The position numbers were made by a program, and so were the translations under genes. 64,000 nt of DNA from Octopus sinensis (Eukaryota), in the NCBI RefSeq assembly GCF_006345805.1, contig NC_043001.1, positions 21,576,001-21,640,000 of the forward strand, written 5' to 3'. Positions within the stretch are counted from its first letter, which is position 1, and each line of letters begins with the position of its first letter. Shown piece after piece: positions 13,705-27,745 of this stretch. The notes beneath the pieces were generated by a model. That model had not been told where the DNA came from. It worked only from the letters and a program-made list of their open reading frames with translations, and did not search any database.

Positions 13705-13985
13705 ACGCGGTCGGAGGATCGCGGTTTCGATTCCCAGACCGGGCGTTGTGTGTGTTTATTGAGCGAAAACACCTAAAGCTCCACGAGGCTCCGACAGGGG
13801 GTGGTGGCGACCCCTGTTGTACTCTTTCGCCACAACTTTCTCTCACTCTTTCTTCCTGTTTTTTATTGGGTAACGCTGCGATGGACTGGCGTCCTGTCCA
13901 GCTGGGGGGAACACTTACGCCACAGAAACCGGAAAACCGGGCCCATGAGCCTGGCCAGGCTTGAAAAGGGCGCATAAAAAAATAA
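13705..13985 (+). mobile_element. Chimeric SINE: family C head/body with the 3' domain of the 12497-12749 SINE
   Basis: 13705-13860 matches family C; 13870-13980 matches the reverse complement of 12500-12603. Confidence 0.7.
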
Positions 13986-14674
13986 ATAAAAATTATTAGT
14001 CAATAAGTTAAGCATTTAACCAATTGACTAATCGATTGTTTGATTAATCATCTGGTCAATCAATCAAGCAGATAGATTTCACAAAGTCCTTTCGTCATTA
14101 TTCACGACTGAATGGTTAACTTGTTGACTACTAATAATAAAAGAAGTGAAATAGAACCAGTGCGTGTGTTTGTTGTGGGCACAAAAAATATATTTTAATT
14201 ATATTTTCATTTAAATCTGTTGTCAAAAGTGGATTATTACGATAGAAAAAATTCTTTTGTAAATTCCATCTTAAGATAGGCGCAATGTGTGTTGCAGCCC
14301 TGGGACCCATATTGCGATATAAATGGAGGCACACTTCTTCGGTACAGCAATCTGGATCATCATTGTCTAACAATGGCCATGTTTCTAAGTCTCCATAAAA
14401 AAATTTTCTCTTTAAAAGCTTAACTCATATATTTTATTTTCATGTTATGTGTTGGAGTTTACGTGTTGTCCTCAGCAATAAATAAAATTTGTTACAGCCA
14501 AGTTTGAACTTTCATCTTTACTAAACGATCCTTCATTTTGTAAAGCTTACAATTTAACCTAGCGCATTAACGGTTAGCCTTAGCCTCAAGTAAAAAGCAT
14601 GTAATATGTTGGGTTAAAAATACCACTGGGTAAATAACAAAGATCGATAATTTCATACCCAATATATTATAAGA

Positions 14675-14902
14675 GGCGAGCTGGCAGAACCGTTAGCACA
14701 CCGGGCGAAATGCGTAGCCGTATTTCGTCTGCCGTTACGTTCTGAGTTCGAATTCCGCCGAGGTCGACTTTGTCTTTCATCCTTTCAGGGTCGATAAATT
14801 AAGTACCAGTTACGCACTGGGTCGATATAATCGACTTACTCCGTTTGTCTGTCCTTGTTTGTCCCCTCTATGTTTAGCCCCTTGTGGGTAATAAAGAAAT
14901 AG
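14675..14902 (+). mobile_element. SINE family B single unit
   Basis: Head, core and tail GCCCCTTGTGGGTAATAAAGAAAT. Confidence 0.85.
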
Positions 14903-15183
14903 TTATTTATAGCTATATCCACTTCGAGATTCATCTTTAAGTTATTTATCTCACATCTCCGCGAAGCGTCAATTTATTCATTAATCCAACATAATCTTTA
15001 AAATCTACAAAACTAACTGCCTTGCTTTCATAATTTCGAATATTTCGGACAGTTCCAAGTACCCTCTTTTCCAGTCTCATCAAGTAGAATTTCATTAGAT
15101 ACCCCTTATACCTGGTACGCCCTACATTGTTTATTATTTTGAGAGTTCGTCTGTACATTTTGGATTCTGTTTATATAGAATAT

Positions 15184-15350
15184 AGGTGCAGGTGTGGCTG
15201 AGTGGTAAGAGGTTTGCTTCCCAACCACATGGTTCCGGGTTCAGTCCCACTACGTGACACCTTGGGCTTGTATCTTCTATAGCCTCGGCCCGACGAAAGA
15301 CTTGTGAGCGGATTTGGTAGACGAAAACTGAATCCTGTATTTGTGTATGT

Positions 15351-15382
<32 letters not shown>

Positions 15383-15618
15383 CTGTGTGTGTGTGTGTAA
15401 ATGTCTTTATGTCTGTGTTTGTCCTCCACCACGGCTTCACAACCGGTGTTGGTGTGTTTACGCCCCCGTAACTTTGCGGTTCGGCAAAAATGTCCGACAG
15501 GATAAGTACCAAGCTTTAAAAAAAAGTGCTGGAGTTGATTCATTTGACTAAATATTCATCAAGACGATGCCCCAGCATGATCGCAGTCGAAAGACTGAGG
15601 CAAATAAAAGATAAAAGA
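15184..15618 (+). mobile_element. SINE family A (diverged)
   Basis: Family A head, (TG)n and tail. Confidence 0.75.
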
Positions 15619-15811
15619 ATATATGGAAGATGATGCCCTGTAAGTTCCTTCATTTCTTTAATGTCTAGTATTTGCCTTCGATCAAAAATATTTCTGTTTC
15701 CTTTTAAGGCCGGTTACTCGGTTTCTGTTCCCTTATAAGACTGGTTACTCGGTTTCCAAAGCGTATAAGTGACCGGGATCATAACATTCTCCTGAACAGG
15801 ACGCCAGTCCG

Positions 15812-16035
15812 TTGTTGTTGTTTGTTTGTTCCTTCTCGAGCCATGCCTGGCTCATAAGGGCCGGTTTCCCGGTTTCCTTGGCGTATAGGTTCCCCACCTG
15901 GACGGGACGCCGGTCCGTCGCAGGTGAGCTGCAAGAATCAGGAGGAAAGAGTGAGAGAAAGTTGTGGCGAAAGAGTCAGCAGAAGTTCGCCATTACCTTC
16001 TGCCGGAGCCGCGTGGAGCTTAGGTGCTTCGCCGG
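15812..16035 (-). mobile_element. SINE family E (C-related body, GGCTCGAGAAGGAACAAACAACAA tail)
   Basis: Matches 47255-47552 and 52737-52988. Confidence 0.7.
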
Positions 16036-16917
16036 TCTGTTGCGGAGCTCAAGGCCAGAGGAGAGAGGATACGTCGATTACATCGACCCCAGTACGTGAC
16101 TGATACTTCATTTTTATCGACCCCGGAGGGATGAAAAGCAAAGTTGTTCTCGGCAGGATTTCAACTCAACACTAAGAGCAGGAAGAAATGCCGTGCTAAG
16201 CATCTCTGTCCGACATGCAAACGATTCCACCTGCTCGCCACCTTCGACATTGAATATACAGAAAAGGAACTGTTTATTTCATCAAAACCACGTTTTACGT
16301 TTGTAGAATTAGTTTGATCTCGGGAATATTTTAACCAAAATTAATTTCATTGAACAACATTCACCAGTACTTCAATCCAAGCTCAATTTAAGCAGGTCTT
16401 ACGAGCCGATTCAATGTCGTCCAAGAATTTGGACCTGGAGATCTCCATTTCCAACGACTTCGAGGCCCACTTCCCAGTGGTGTCGGGCGTCAACGAAGAG
16501 CCCTCGACTACAACAAGATGACCAAAGTTCTTTTTTTTCCAAGGTCTGGGGTCTCCCGCACCTAAGCCCTAGACCATCACCTAATCACCCTTACCCGTCT
16601 TATTGCTTAACAACAACAACAACAACAGTCGATTCAATTGTACGTGTATACTACATCAGCTAGTTTTAATAAATTTGCTCAGAAACTCTAAAATATATAA
16701 ATACACGCAAATTTCGAATAAATAAATATGGCCATCCACTTTGAACATTGGACATGAAATCTTCCCAATTGCAAAAACATACTGTCACACAATGAAATAA
16801 TAAACAATGGCTCAACTGCTCACTTCATAGATTATTATTATTATTATATTATTATTATTATTATTATTATTATTGTTGTCGTTGTCGTTGTTGTTGTTGT
16901 TGTTGTTGTTGTTACTA

Positions 16918-17507
16918 AGGCTGCGAGCTGGCAGAAACGTTAGCACGCCGGGCGAAATGCCTAATGGTATTTCGTCGGTCTTTACGTTCTGAGTTCAAAT
17001 TCCGCCGAAGTCGACTTTGCCATTCATCCTTTCGGGGTCGATAAATTAAGTACCAGTTACGCACTGGAGTCAATGTAATTGACTTAATCCGTTTGTCTGT
17101 CTTTGTTTGTCCTCTCTGTGTTTATCCCCTTGTGGGTAGTAAAGAAATGTAAAAAAATAGGTATTTCGTCTGCCGTTACGTTCTGAGTTTAAATTCCACC
17201 GAGGTCGACTTTGCCTTTCATCATTTTGGGTCGATTAAATAAGTACCAGTTACGCACTGGGGTCGATATAATCGACTTAATCCGTTTGTCTCTCCTTGTT
17301 TGTCCTCTCTGTGTTTAGCCCCTTGTGGGTAGTAAAGAAATAAGTATTTCGTCTGTCTTTACGTTCTGAGTTCAATTTCCGGTGAGGTCGATTTTACCGT
17401 TTATCCTTCGGGGTCGATAAATTAAGTACTAGTTGCGTACTTGGATCGACCTAATTGACTGGCCCCCCTCCCCGAAAATTTCGGGCCTTGTGCCTAGAGT
17501 AGAAAAG

Positions 17508-17510
<3 letters not shown>
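16918..17510 (+). mobile_element. SINE family B tandem array (3 units)
   Basis: Two units with the shared tail; final unit with the alternative CCCCCTCCC...GCCTAGAGTAGAAAAGA tail. Confidence 0.85.
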
Positions 17511-17538
<28 letters not shown>

Positions 17539-17576
17539 TTATTATTATTGTTATTATTATTATTATTATTATTATT

Positions 17577-17875
17577 CAGGAGTCTTATTTTTATCAGGTA
17601 CTTTCACTGCACTACCGAGTTCAGCTCTGTGTGCCTTGAGTATGGGCTGTGGTTTGTTGTGATGTTCCCATTTTTACTGTATTGAAAGTGTTTCACGTAG
17701 GATGTGTGTGGTTCCTAGTAGTGCTATTTTCTGTATGTTATATATGCTTGTTAGTCCTGGTGTTTTTGTTATGTATTTGTCTGAATATTTTTTCATCATA
17801 CCTAATGTACCTACTATGATAGGAATTGTTTCTGCTTTTAGACTCCATATTCGAGTTATCTCTATTTCCAGGTCT
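17577..17875 (-). mobile_element. R4/Dong-like non-LTR retrotransposon 3' end
   Basis: Minus translation includes IPIIVGTLGMMKKYSDKYI...IQKIALLGTTHILR; ends in (AAT)n. Confidence 0.7.
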
Positions 17876-17897
17876 TTTATTATTATTATTATTATTA

Positions 17898-18110
17898 AGG
17901 CGGCGAGCTGGAAGAATCGTTAGCACGCCGGGCGAAATGCTAAGCGGTATTTCGCCTGTCGCAACGTTCTGAGTTCAAATTCCGCCGAGGTCGACTTTGC
18001 CTTTAATCCTTTCGGAATCGATAAATTAAGTACCAGTGAAACACTGGAGTCGATGTAATCTACTTGTCCCCCTCCCCAAAGTGGCTGCCCATGTGGAAAA
18101 ATTTGAAACT
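17898..18110 (+). mobile_element. SINE family B
   Basis: Family B head and core. Confidence 0.75.
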
Positions 18111-18132
18111 ATCATTATTATCATTATCATTA

Positions 18133-18692
18133 CTGAGTGAGAGAGCAGTGCATGCCATTAAAGTGACACTGGGGTAAAATATACGAAGCCCAGTATGCCC
18201 ATCATGACTACTCGTCTGATAAGGGTACACTAGGCACATGCATCACAACCATGTGTGCGCGACATGGTGATCTCATATCAAGATAAACAGCGCATGACCT
18301 TGCAGGTGGGACCCAGTTAGAATTTTCTTCTAGTCGAGTAGCCCATCCCGTTCAAAAGGTCCTTGAATAAGGGTTGTTTAAGGATGTTGAACGAAACACC
18401 CATGTTTCTAAAGGTGAATTATCCAAGCCTCCAAGAATTCCTTTCAACACACGGCTATGATGCCCCCCCCCACTACTTCTGCTCATTATCATAGATGTAC
18501 ATATTGTCAGCCACTAAGGGACATGCTCAACTGGTTAAGGTCAAACAACTGACAAGCAAATCTGTGGTATTGAGCAGAATATTTGCTGTAGCCCATCTTT
18601 TACACCAAGACAAAACAATGTACATGATAACACTTCCAATCAGTTAAGATCAGAAGCCATGAGAGCCAATGTCTGGTACTGCATCAGGGCAT
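18133..18692 (-). mobile_element. ~550-bp non-coding retroposon family D in (ATT)n
   Basis: Homologous to 31980-32362, 37738-38238 and 56771-57266; flanked by (ATT)n. Confidence 0.7.
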
Positions 18693-18764
18693 TTTTTTGT
18701 TATCATTATTATTATTATTATTATTATATTATTATTATTATCATCATCATCATCATCGTTATTT

Positions 18765-18797
<33 letters not shown>

Positions 18798-19629
18798 ATC
18801 TTCTATAATGCCGATCTAGATAGGTCTGTAGTAACCAACAATGCGTCATCCCTATACAAACTCCATTTGATATTAGGGAAATGCATGCGGAGTCGTTGCA
18901 GGAGGTATAGTCCAACCAGATCCGTGACCTGAGCAGAGTCAGAGAAGCCCATGGTTATGTCGAAGAAACTTACTATCATTATTATTGAGGGTAGCTCGGC
19001 ACCAAAGTTTATGTTTGACCAAGTCATTTTTTCTTTATTTTTCACGGTACTTTAGTCCACACAGCTGGCGAAAATTAGTAGTACCCGTAATTCGAAGATC
19101 CGGCTTTGTCATATTCTGCGTCACGCTGAATTACCCTGAGAACTACGTTAAGCGTACGCGTGTCTGTAGAGTGTTCAACTACTTAATCGTTTCAAGAACA
19201 CGCTCTTCCATTAATCGGATCAGTTGAGACCCTTGTTGTCGTAACCGACGAAGTGCTAGTAAGGAAACTTCAAACAATGCTTTCTTAAGCTCCATCCTCG
19301 GCGTCTACAAGTGTGGTTTCCATAAAGCTAGAGCTACCGGAGACTTGATCTATTACATTACACATCGGTCATGCCTCGCATTTTATAACTACAGTGAAAG
19401 CAATGTACAGTCTTTTGACATTATCGAAACCTTCGTCCATATCTATCGTACGAAACTCTCAGCTAAGCTTTCTGTCTATAAATCATATTTGTCTTTCATT
19501 TCTAGGATTGAGAGGTTCCTCGTTAAACCGGTCCTTTATAACATAGGTTGACAGACCTCTTTTCGACTTGCATCCAACCAACTCCCGTATATGTCAAGAA
19601 TCAGTTACAACTACACTCTGTTCCGTGTA

Positions 19630-20255
19630 CAGTAATCCCCCGCCATATCGCGGTTCACCTATCGCGGTTTATTATTTAAGCTTACGTCAATTCCTCTGTG
19701 GTGTTGCTTTGCATTTATAATAGCATAAATATATACAAATTATAAAAATATTTTTTTTAATATACAGTTTAGGCGCAGGAGTGGCTGTGTGGTAAGTAGC
19801 TTGCTTATCAACCATATGGTTACGGGTTCAGTCCCACTGCGTGGCACCTTAGGCAAGTGTCTTCTACTATAGCTTCGGGCCGACCAAAGCCTTGTGAGTG
19901 GATTTGGTAGACGGAAACTGAAAGAAGCCCGTCATATATATGTATGTGTGTGTGTATGTTTGTGTGTCTGTGTTTGTCCCCCTAGCATTGCTTGACAACC
20001 GATGCTGGTGTGTTTATGTCCCCGTTACTTAGCTGTTCGGCAAAAGAGACCGATAGAATAAGTATTGGGCTTACAAAAGAATAAGTCCCGGAGTCGAGTT
20101 GCTCGATTACAGGTGGTGCTCCAGCATGGCCGCAGTCAAATGACTGAAACAAGTAAAAGAGTAAAAGAGTAAAAGAGTACTGTTTCTACTTCGCGGATTT
20201 TCACCTATCGCGGGAAGTTTTTGAACGTAACACCCGTGATAGTAAGGGATCACTG
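19630..20255. mobile_element. Tc1/pogo-type MITE with nested SINE A (19772-20178)
   Basis: TA-CAGTAATCCC ... GGGATCACTG-TA termini; subterminal repeat TTCACCTATCGCGG. Confidence 0.7.
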
Positions 20256-20709
20256 TATATTAATTACCCATGCGCTAATATTCTTACCTCCTCCTTAACC
20301 TCCCACATGCAAGCATCATCTGCTTGTAAGCTAAACGTCATACTTATAGTTATTTCATAAACGGAAGCCTGAAAAAGATCCTCGAACGAAGAGGTAATAA
20401 CATTACCGCTAAAAAAAAAGTAAAGAACCATCTACCAAGTTGACAGATGGCTTTTTGCCCTTCTCCAACTTATTAAATTCATTTATTTACAGTATCGGTT
20501 CTATTACTATTGCGACAATGGTTTCTGCTCATCTCGACTAGCAAACTTTATGCTGCCTCCACTCAAAACACTAATCTCCAATCCACCTCAATATTTCTTC
20601 TTCGTTTCATCACCTCTTAACTCCATACTAAACACTTTGTTCAATCCTTCTTCATCAAAAGTCCGTCCTATTGGAATTCTCCTTCGCGTACGTTTATCTT
20701 ACTGATACC

Positions 20710-21125
20710 TATTTCTTTACTACCCACAAGGGGCTAAACACAGAAGGGACAAACAAGGACAGACAAACGGATTAAGTCGATTATATCAATCCCAGTGCGT
20801 AACAGGTACTTATTTGATCGACCTTGAAAGGATGAAAGGCAAAGTCGACCTCGGCGGAATTTGAACTCAGAACGTAGCAGCAGACGAAATACCTATTTCT
20901 TTACTACCCACAAGAGACTAAACACAGAGCGGACAAACAAGGACAGACAAACCGATTAAGCCGATTATATCGACCCCAGTGCGTAACTGGTACTTAATTT
21001 ATCGTCCCCGAAAGGATGAAAGGCAAAGTCGACCACGGCGGAATTTGAACTCAGAACGTAGAAGCAGACGAAATACCGCTAAGCATTTTGCCCGGCGTGC
21101 TAACGATTCTGCCAGCTCGCCGCCT
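20710..21125 (-). mobile_element. SINE family B, two tandem units
   Basis: Reverse complement of the family B array. Confidence 0.85.
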
Positions 21126-21267
21126 TGCTACGAGGTAATATTGTCACAGCTACTGACTGACGTCGATGTCTCCGTTAGCAACGATGGAGTCAAGTAAATA
21201 CTTTATGTTTTCATCATCCCTTTAAATCTTTTGAAAGATCTTCCGTAGGCTTTTGATATATGCAGTC

Positions 21268-21720
21268 AGCGCTGGATTAACCATTAATCAAAATAAGCAC
21301 GTGCTTAGGGCATCAAGGAAAGGAGGGGACACCACAGACATGGTAAATAGTTTACGGCACAAAAGAAATCACTTTAAACTTGCTAAAATAATATATTTAG
21401 AATGCCTTTATCTCTACTAAGTATAGATGCAGATGTGTTAGTAAGATTGATTTTGAGGATCCGATCGAAGACTTTGCAATTCAAAAATGTAGGAGGAAAC
21501 TTTTCAAATATAAATAAAGTGGAAATATACAAAATTAAACATTATTTTCCCTCTTACTGTTTTGTTTTGTTTTGAAAAATATAAATATATTTTATGGTCT
21601 GTTATTGCTTATCTTTTGAACTACATTATCTTTTATGTGGCAACAAAATCTTTTAAGTGCTTAGGGCCTTGATGAATCTTAATCTAGTGTTTAGGGCCTT
21701 GATGGGTTTTAATGTAGTAC
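21268..21720. mobile_element. Possible degenerate MITE
   Basis: GCGCTGGATTAA near the left end versus TTAATCTAGTG at the right; repeated GTGCTTAGGGC motifs. Confidence 0.3.
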
Positions 21721-22012
21721 ATCTATTAACTCATTTTCAAAACTACTTGTATCCTACAATTTCCTTCCTATGTTTCCTACCAAATTATATTCGTATTTTA
21801 GATTTTAAAAGTACATTTAAATTGTAGAACATACCATCGGAAGGTGATGTGTTAAGTGTGTGAAACCCCGTTTGAAGATAAATGGTAACCGCATTAAGTA
21901 AGTTTAAGGATGGTTTCGCATTTCAGTACAAGGTCAGTAATATTTTAGGGGAGGGAGAGTGTCGATTACATCGACCCCACTGCTCAACAGAAACTCATTT
22001 TATCATTTTAAA

Positions 22013-22243
22013 GGCGGCGATCTGGCAGAAACGTTAGCACACCGGTCGAAATGCTTAGCGGTATTTCGTCTACTGTTACGTTCTGAGTTCAAATTCCACC
22101 GAGGTCGACTTTACCTTTCATCCTTTCGGGGTCGATAAATTAAGTACCAGTTACGCACTGGGGTCGAAGTAATCGACTTAATCCCTTTGTCTGTCCTTGT
22201 TTCTCCCCTCTGTGTCTATCTCCTTGTGGACAATAAAGAAATA
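22013..22243 (+). mobile_element. SINE family B with 16-bp TSD, inserted in an older antisense SINE B
   Basis: AGAAACTCATTTTATC at ~21989-22004 and ~22244-22259; flanks match the minus-strand family B core. Confidence 0.75.
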
Positions 22244-23037
22244 AGAAACTCATTTTATCGATTTCGAAAGGATACAATGCAAAGTCAACCTCGACAACAT
22301 TTGAACTCAGAACGTAAAACCGGGAGAAAAGCAGCTGAACATTTTGTCCGACATGGTAACGATTCTATCAGCCCACGCTCTTTAAGCTTAAGAGGGTGGT
22401 CATTAAGGTAAGGCAGATAGCTGCAAAAATAAAATGCAAACCTAATAAGCTGGATCGATATGGAACTGTGATAGCCTGCACTTATAGGACATGGACAAAT
22501 ATGGCGATTATAAGTGGAGATCTGTTGCCGCAGAAATAGACACTATGCTCATTGTGTGAAGATATCTATATTTTAGTTATATTTTTCCATGTATTTTTTC
22601 TTTTTTCTTCTTTATTTTACTGCGATATATAGTAAAACACGCTAAGTATCTTGTACTCTTTCTCTCTCTCACACACACATACTCATACACACACATATAT
22701 ATACACACACATGCACGCACATACACATATTCCAGCATGTGTGTTGTGAGTGTGTGTGTGTGTGTTTGTGTTTGTGTGTGTGTATGTGTTTGTGTGTGTT
22801 CAAACAAACAAAAGCGAACAAAAAAATAGCTAAAGACAAACGAGAAACGAATCGATACCCAGTAATTAACATAGTAATTAACATAATTAGCGTTATGCCC
22901 CTGGCACTATTCCGCGATTTTCAGTCTCCTTTTATAACCTTTATAAGTTTACGCACATTTTCAGAATCGCTCCATTCCAACCCAACAAAGTGTCCGAAGC
23001 CGTCTAGTTAACACCTTTTTATATTTGTTCTCTATAG

Positions 23038-23074
23038 TTATATCGGAAATGAAAACTTCTTTGAATTCGCTGAG
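23038..23074 (+). CDS. Candidate 37-nt host exon
   Basis: Pyrimidine tract + TAG acceptor, strong donor GAG|GTAAGT, open frame YIGNENFFEFAE ending in phase 0. Confidence 0.3.
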
Positions 23075-24532
23075 GTAAGTAGAAACAAATAGTTAAGTAA
23101 TTGTGTGAAAACTCGGAAAATAAACGCAAGTCTTGTTTATTGACTTGTTCAATCGTTTTATTGCTGCTAACTTACATTTATGGTCCTGGATATGACTTTA
23201 GACTGCATCCAATTGTGGAACCCTGCTTATGGAGTTCCAAGGTTGTAAGGGGTAATCATTGTTCTCGTGTCTACTCTCAACCGAGAAGTAACATCTACCA
23301 GGGTCCCTGGAATGGGTTAATTAGTATGTCGCAAAACTGCCTCTGGAAGAAGGTGATTCACAGACACCCCCAACCGACCCAAGGCAGATGAGGCCCTTCA
23401 GCTCTTTAGCTGATCATCTAAGAGAAGATAACTCCCTACAAATCCTGCATGCAGATAACTATTGGGTTCATGGCACTTGTTGCACCAGAGCTGTACAAGT
23501 TTGAAGGACGAGAGAATGGCACTGGCTCTGCACGAACCATGCGCTTGTAGGATAATTTATTGTTTAAAAAAGGAAAAGTGAGTAAACCCTCACAAAAAAT
23601 CTAAAAGGAAGGACCCTAAGGCAGATATGTGTAGTTATACTTAACTAATATCTGGTATCCCCTTTGACTCTATGGATACTGCGAATGTATTGACTTGTCT
23701 TTCCTTTGTGACGCATCCAAGAGTGAAAAGGTGGTGAGTGTACTTGGGGCTAGGTACTTGCTTCTGGAAATAGCTTAGGCACATCAAAGGGGTTTAAGTC
23801 CCTGCATTACCATCAAGCAATGACAAAAAAGGCCAACCAAATGTATCGACCTAAGCCGAAGCTATTTGTATGTTTGTAGACATACAGTCTTCTTCAGATA
23901 TCCCTAAATGACCATTTAGTAACTTGACTTCTAAATGAAAGCATAGTGTGAGCGCTCTTTTCGTGCCCACCATTTAAGATTGAATATAAATCCAGTTCTT
24001 TTATTCTTTTCAATTCAAATGGATTTTACCCTCCTAATAAGGCACACCTCTACCATTCTGGTGGTTACATTATAGTCATTCATCATGATTTTGAGAGAGA
24101 TTAGAAACCAATACTTCTCCTGTTGGAATCGAAATACTTTGACTTTACCGATTTTTAAACTATTCAATCTAGTTTCACTGTTTCACTGAGAAGGTCTAAT
24201 AAGATCGAAACATTTCCGAAGTTGCCAGTGCGATGCTAAAAGTTAGATTTGATCTCCGCAAAATATCTTATTAAAATAATTAAAATTTTGTCTCCCTATT
24301 CTTCTTTTCTACTTCGATCAGTTATTCAAATACTTGTCTCTAATTTAAGCACAAATTTCTATTAAATCCATCCCAGGATTTGACTGGTACTTTATTTTTA
24401 TCGAAAGGATGAAAGCCAAAACTGACTTCGGCGCAATTTGAACTCGAAATGCAATGAGCCAGAAGAAATGCCGGAAGATATTTTGTCGCTCTAACGATTC
24501 TGCAAGCTCGCCAAATAAATTAATGAAATAAT

Positions 24533-24907
24533 ATGGATAGAAGCACTCCGTCGGTTACGACGACGAGGGTTCCGGTTGATCCGATAAACGGAACAGCCTG
24601 CTCGTGAAATTAACGTGTAAGTGGCTGAGCACTCCACAGACACGTGTACCCTTAACGTAGTTCTCGGGTATATTCAGCGTGACACAGAGAGTGACAAGGC
24701 CGGCCCTTTGAAATACAGGTACAACAGAAACAGGAAGTAAGAGTGAGAGGAAGTTGTGGTGAAAGAGTACAGCAGGGATCACCACCATCCCTGCCGGAGC
24801 CTCGTGGAGCCTTTAGGTGTTTTCGCTCAATAAACACTCACAACGCCCGGTCTGGGAATCGAAACCGCGAGTCCGCTGCCCTAACCACTGGGCCATTGCG
24901 CCTCCAC
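24533..24907 (-). mobile_element. SINE family C with TSD
   Basis: TSD AATGAAATAAT on both sides. Confidence 0.85.
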
Positions 24908-24984
24908 AATGAAATAATAATTGCTCATATCACTGACGGTGTAATTTTTATTAATTAAAATTTCTTTATTTCAACGTCAAGTAT

Positions 24985-25250
24985 GCACTCACGATCGCAA
25001 GGTCGAAGTTTCGATTCCCGGACCGGGTGTGAATTTGTGTTCTTGAGCAAAACACTTTATTTCACATTGCTCTGCAATCATTTTAGCATCTGGCATATTG
25101 CACACTGTGCACCTGTACAAGCAATGTCGATTTGATGGAGGAAGTAAGTTAAAGTACAACACAAACTTTTGATCACTATATGTAGGAATCATCTGTGTAG
25201 GTTGTTCTGTAAGAAATTATGGAGCCCTCATCTATCGTTTATGGCAGGAG
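24985..25250 (+). mobile_element. Diverged tRNA-derived SINE (family F)
   Basis: B-box-like GTTTCGATTCCC; similar to 51950-52210. Confidence 0.5.
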
Positions 25251-25322
25251 AGTCCACAATTAGGATAATTATATATCTAATTAGTAAAAAAAAAAAGAAA
25301 TTGAAGCGCAAATTAGTAGCTA

Positions 25323-25887
25323 TTGGGTTGTCCGGAAAGTTCGTGCCAGTTTTAAAGGAAAGAAAAAGGTCAATAAATACTTGCCATTACATTTTTAATC
25401 TACCAAATATGAACCATTTTGTTGCACAATGCGTCTCCATCTTTCCTTTAACTTGAAAATACCCTCTTCCCAGAATTGAGGTGGTTTCATGGCAAAGAAT
25501 TCATCAAGGTATCTTTTTACGTCATCTAAGGAATTGAAATTTTTACCACTAAGACTATTCTGCAGAGACCTGAATAAGTGGAAATCCGAAGGAGCAATAT
25601 CTGGTGAATATGGGGGGTAGGGTAACACATCCCAGCCGAGCTGCAGCAATTTTTGTCTGGTTCCCAAAGCATCAAGTGCCGAAAATTAACTGTCTTATCT
25701 TCCATTTTAAAGGGTTACAGAATTAACACAGGTTATAGGAACATAAACCTTCTTCCACGAAAAGATAGCTTAAACTATGCTCTAAATGGAGGTGCAGTCA
25801 AATCCTATTTTATAGACTCAACCATGTTCTAAAATATGCCGAAATGTAAGCTACTATAAATCGGCACGAACTTTCCGGACAACCCAA
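25323..25887 (-). mobile_element. Internally deleted mariner element
   Basis: TIRs TTGGGTTGTCCGGAAAGTTCGTGCC at both ends, TA TSD; transposase C-terminus with YSPDIAPSDFHLF (25395-25667). Confidence 0.92.
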
Positions 25888-26428
25888 TACAATCAATTCC
25901 ATCAGATTATTGAAATTTATATTTACTTTGTCGGAAATAGGACTGGCATTGTTGCAAAGTGCATAATCTTTCTCGAAACTGATTGCTCGTCCGATATCAC
26001 CTTCCTGTATTTAAGTAATTTATTGAACTTTTAGTGTTATGTTTTCATCTACTTTCTCCAAAACTTGTAATCTCGGATATCAAATTGCATAATAACTTCA
26101 TATGGAATTGAACTGTGAAGCCCTTGTTAGGTGTTTATCCACTGAACCACTCTTTTACTGGACCGAAAGGCCAACCGAAACAAAACCTAATCACCACTTC
26201 AATTCCTTGACAGATTCTTTTGCTTCTCGTTGCTCGACATTTGAAAAGAATAAATTGCACGTCCAATTGTTCGCCGCCTGCTCTTTCTTCTACATAAAGG
26301 TTCGTGATTTTCATCAGATAAACTATGGAAACGTCACAAAGGAAAATTATTAGGTCACTAGGTCAAGTTTGGGCTGGACAATGTTTTATATATCTAAAAA
26401 CAGAGAGAGAGAGAGCGAGAGATAGATT

Positions 26429-26477
<49 letters not shown>

Positions 26478-27179
26478 GGTGGAGGTAGAGAGAGGGGGAG
26501 AGAGAGAAATTAATTTCAAGTATTATTGATTCGAGTTTTAATAAGGGACCGAGTTATATTGAGTCAACGACTCAAAATTTACTGAACTAATAAATCATTA
26601 ATCACTGACGCAATAAATTTATACGGAAAAAAAAATAGCGACATGGCGTTATTACTCGGTATATAACACAATTTAGAGCTATCACTTAGTGACACCCGCT
26701 TACAAATGTACTTTGAGAGGCGTAAAAATATATAACTTTGTTCGGATATAAAACAGGAATACTTAAAAAAAAAAACAATTATCATATGCATGTATGCATG
26801 CATGTGTAAATTAGAGCGTGTGTTTGTATTATATTTAACATAATGTCTGCATTTTGAGTCCTCCATTTATTTTCTAAAATTTCATTTTTCTTTATCTATC
26901 TGGCTATATGGCTTTCCATAATCTTATTCCAGTTCCCTCTTCTTTATCTCTTTCTTTTTTCCATTCTTTCTTCCGGTCATACACACTACGTTGTTATCTT
27001 CGTTTTTCAGTGAAGAAAGAAAAAAAATTTCTTTAAAAAAAATGTAAATTGACACATCGTTATTTTCTAGTAGAAAAAAAAAATTCAAATCAAAAGCCGT
27101 TTCCATTTTGATCAAAGAAGAAAGTAAACCAATGCTGAAGATAATACAAAGTAATATCTAAAATATAGAGATAAATAAA

Positions 27180-27259
27180 TATATCATATCTTGTGTATAA
27201 GCGTGCGTATACATACATACATTAATGCATAAATATATGGATGCATGTCAGAGAGTGTG

Positions 27260-27298
<39 letters not shown>

Positions 27299-27567
27299 TT
27301 GCATATATATGTATGCGTATGTATATATATGTATATACACACATATATATATGCACACACATACATGCTCTGTGTGTGCGTCTGTGTGTGTCTGTGTAAG
27401 TGCGTTTGTTAAAATCTGTGCATAAGTATATACGCATATATAGTTACATGTATGCGGTATGTATATACGCATGTTTATATATATATATACTTTGCACACA
27501 CACATGCATACATACATGCACACATACAGATATACAGACACACACACACACACCACACACACACACA

Positions 27568-27606
<39 letters not shown>

Positions 27607-27623
27607 ACACACACACACACACA

Positions 27624-27699
<76 letters not shown>

Positions 27700-27745
27700 A
27701 ATTTATACATATATAAATTTATGTATATATATATATATATACTTA
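27180..27745. repeat. Compound (TA)n/(CA)n microsatellite region
   Basis: Direct reading. Confidence 0.9.

Noticed and set aside
16395-16525. GC-richer coding-like patch (MSSKNLDLEISISNDFEAHFP...)
   Set aside because: Short, stops after ~35 codons, weak acceptor, no identifiable homology
19260-20690. Possible decayed LINE RT on the minus strand (LQADD near 20315)
   Set aside because: Too degenerate to support a call
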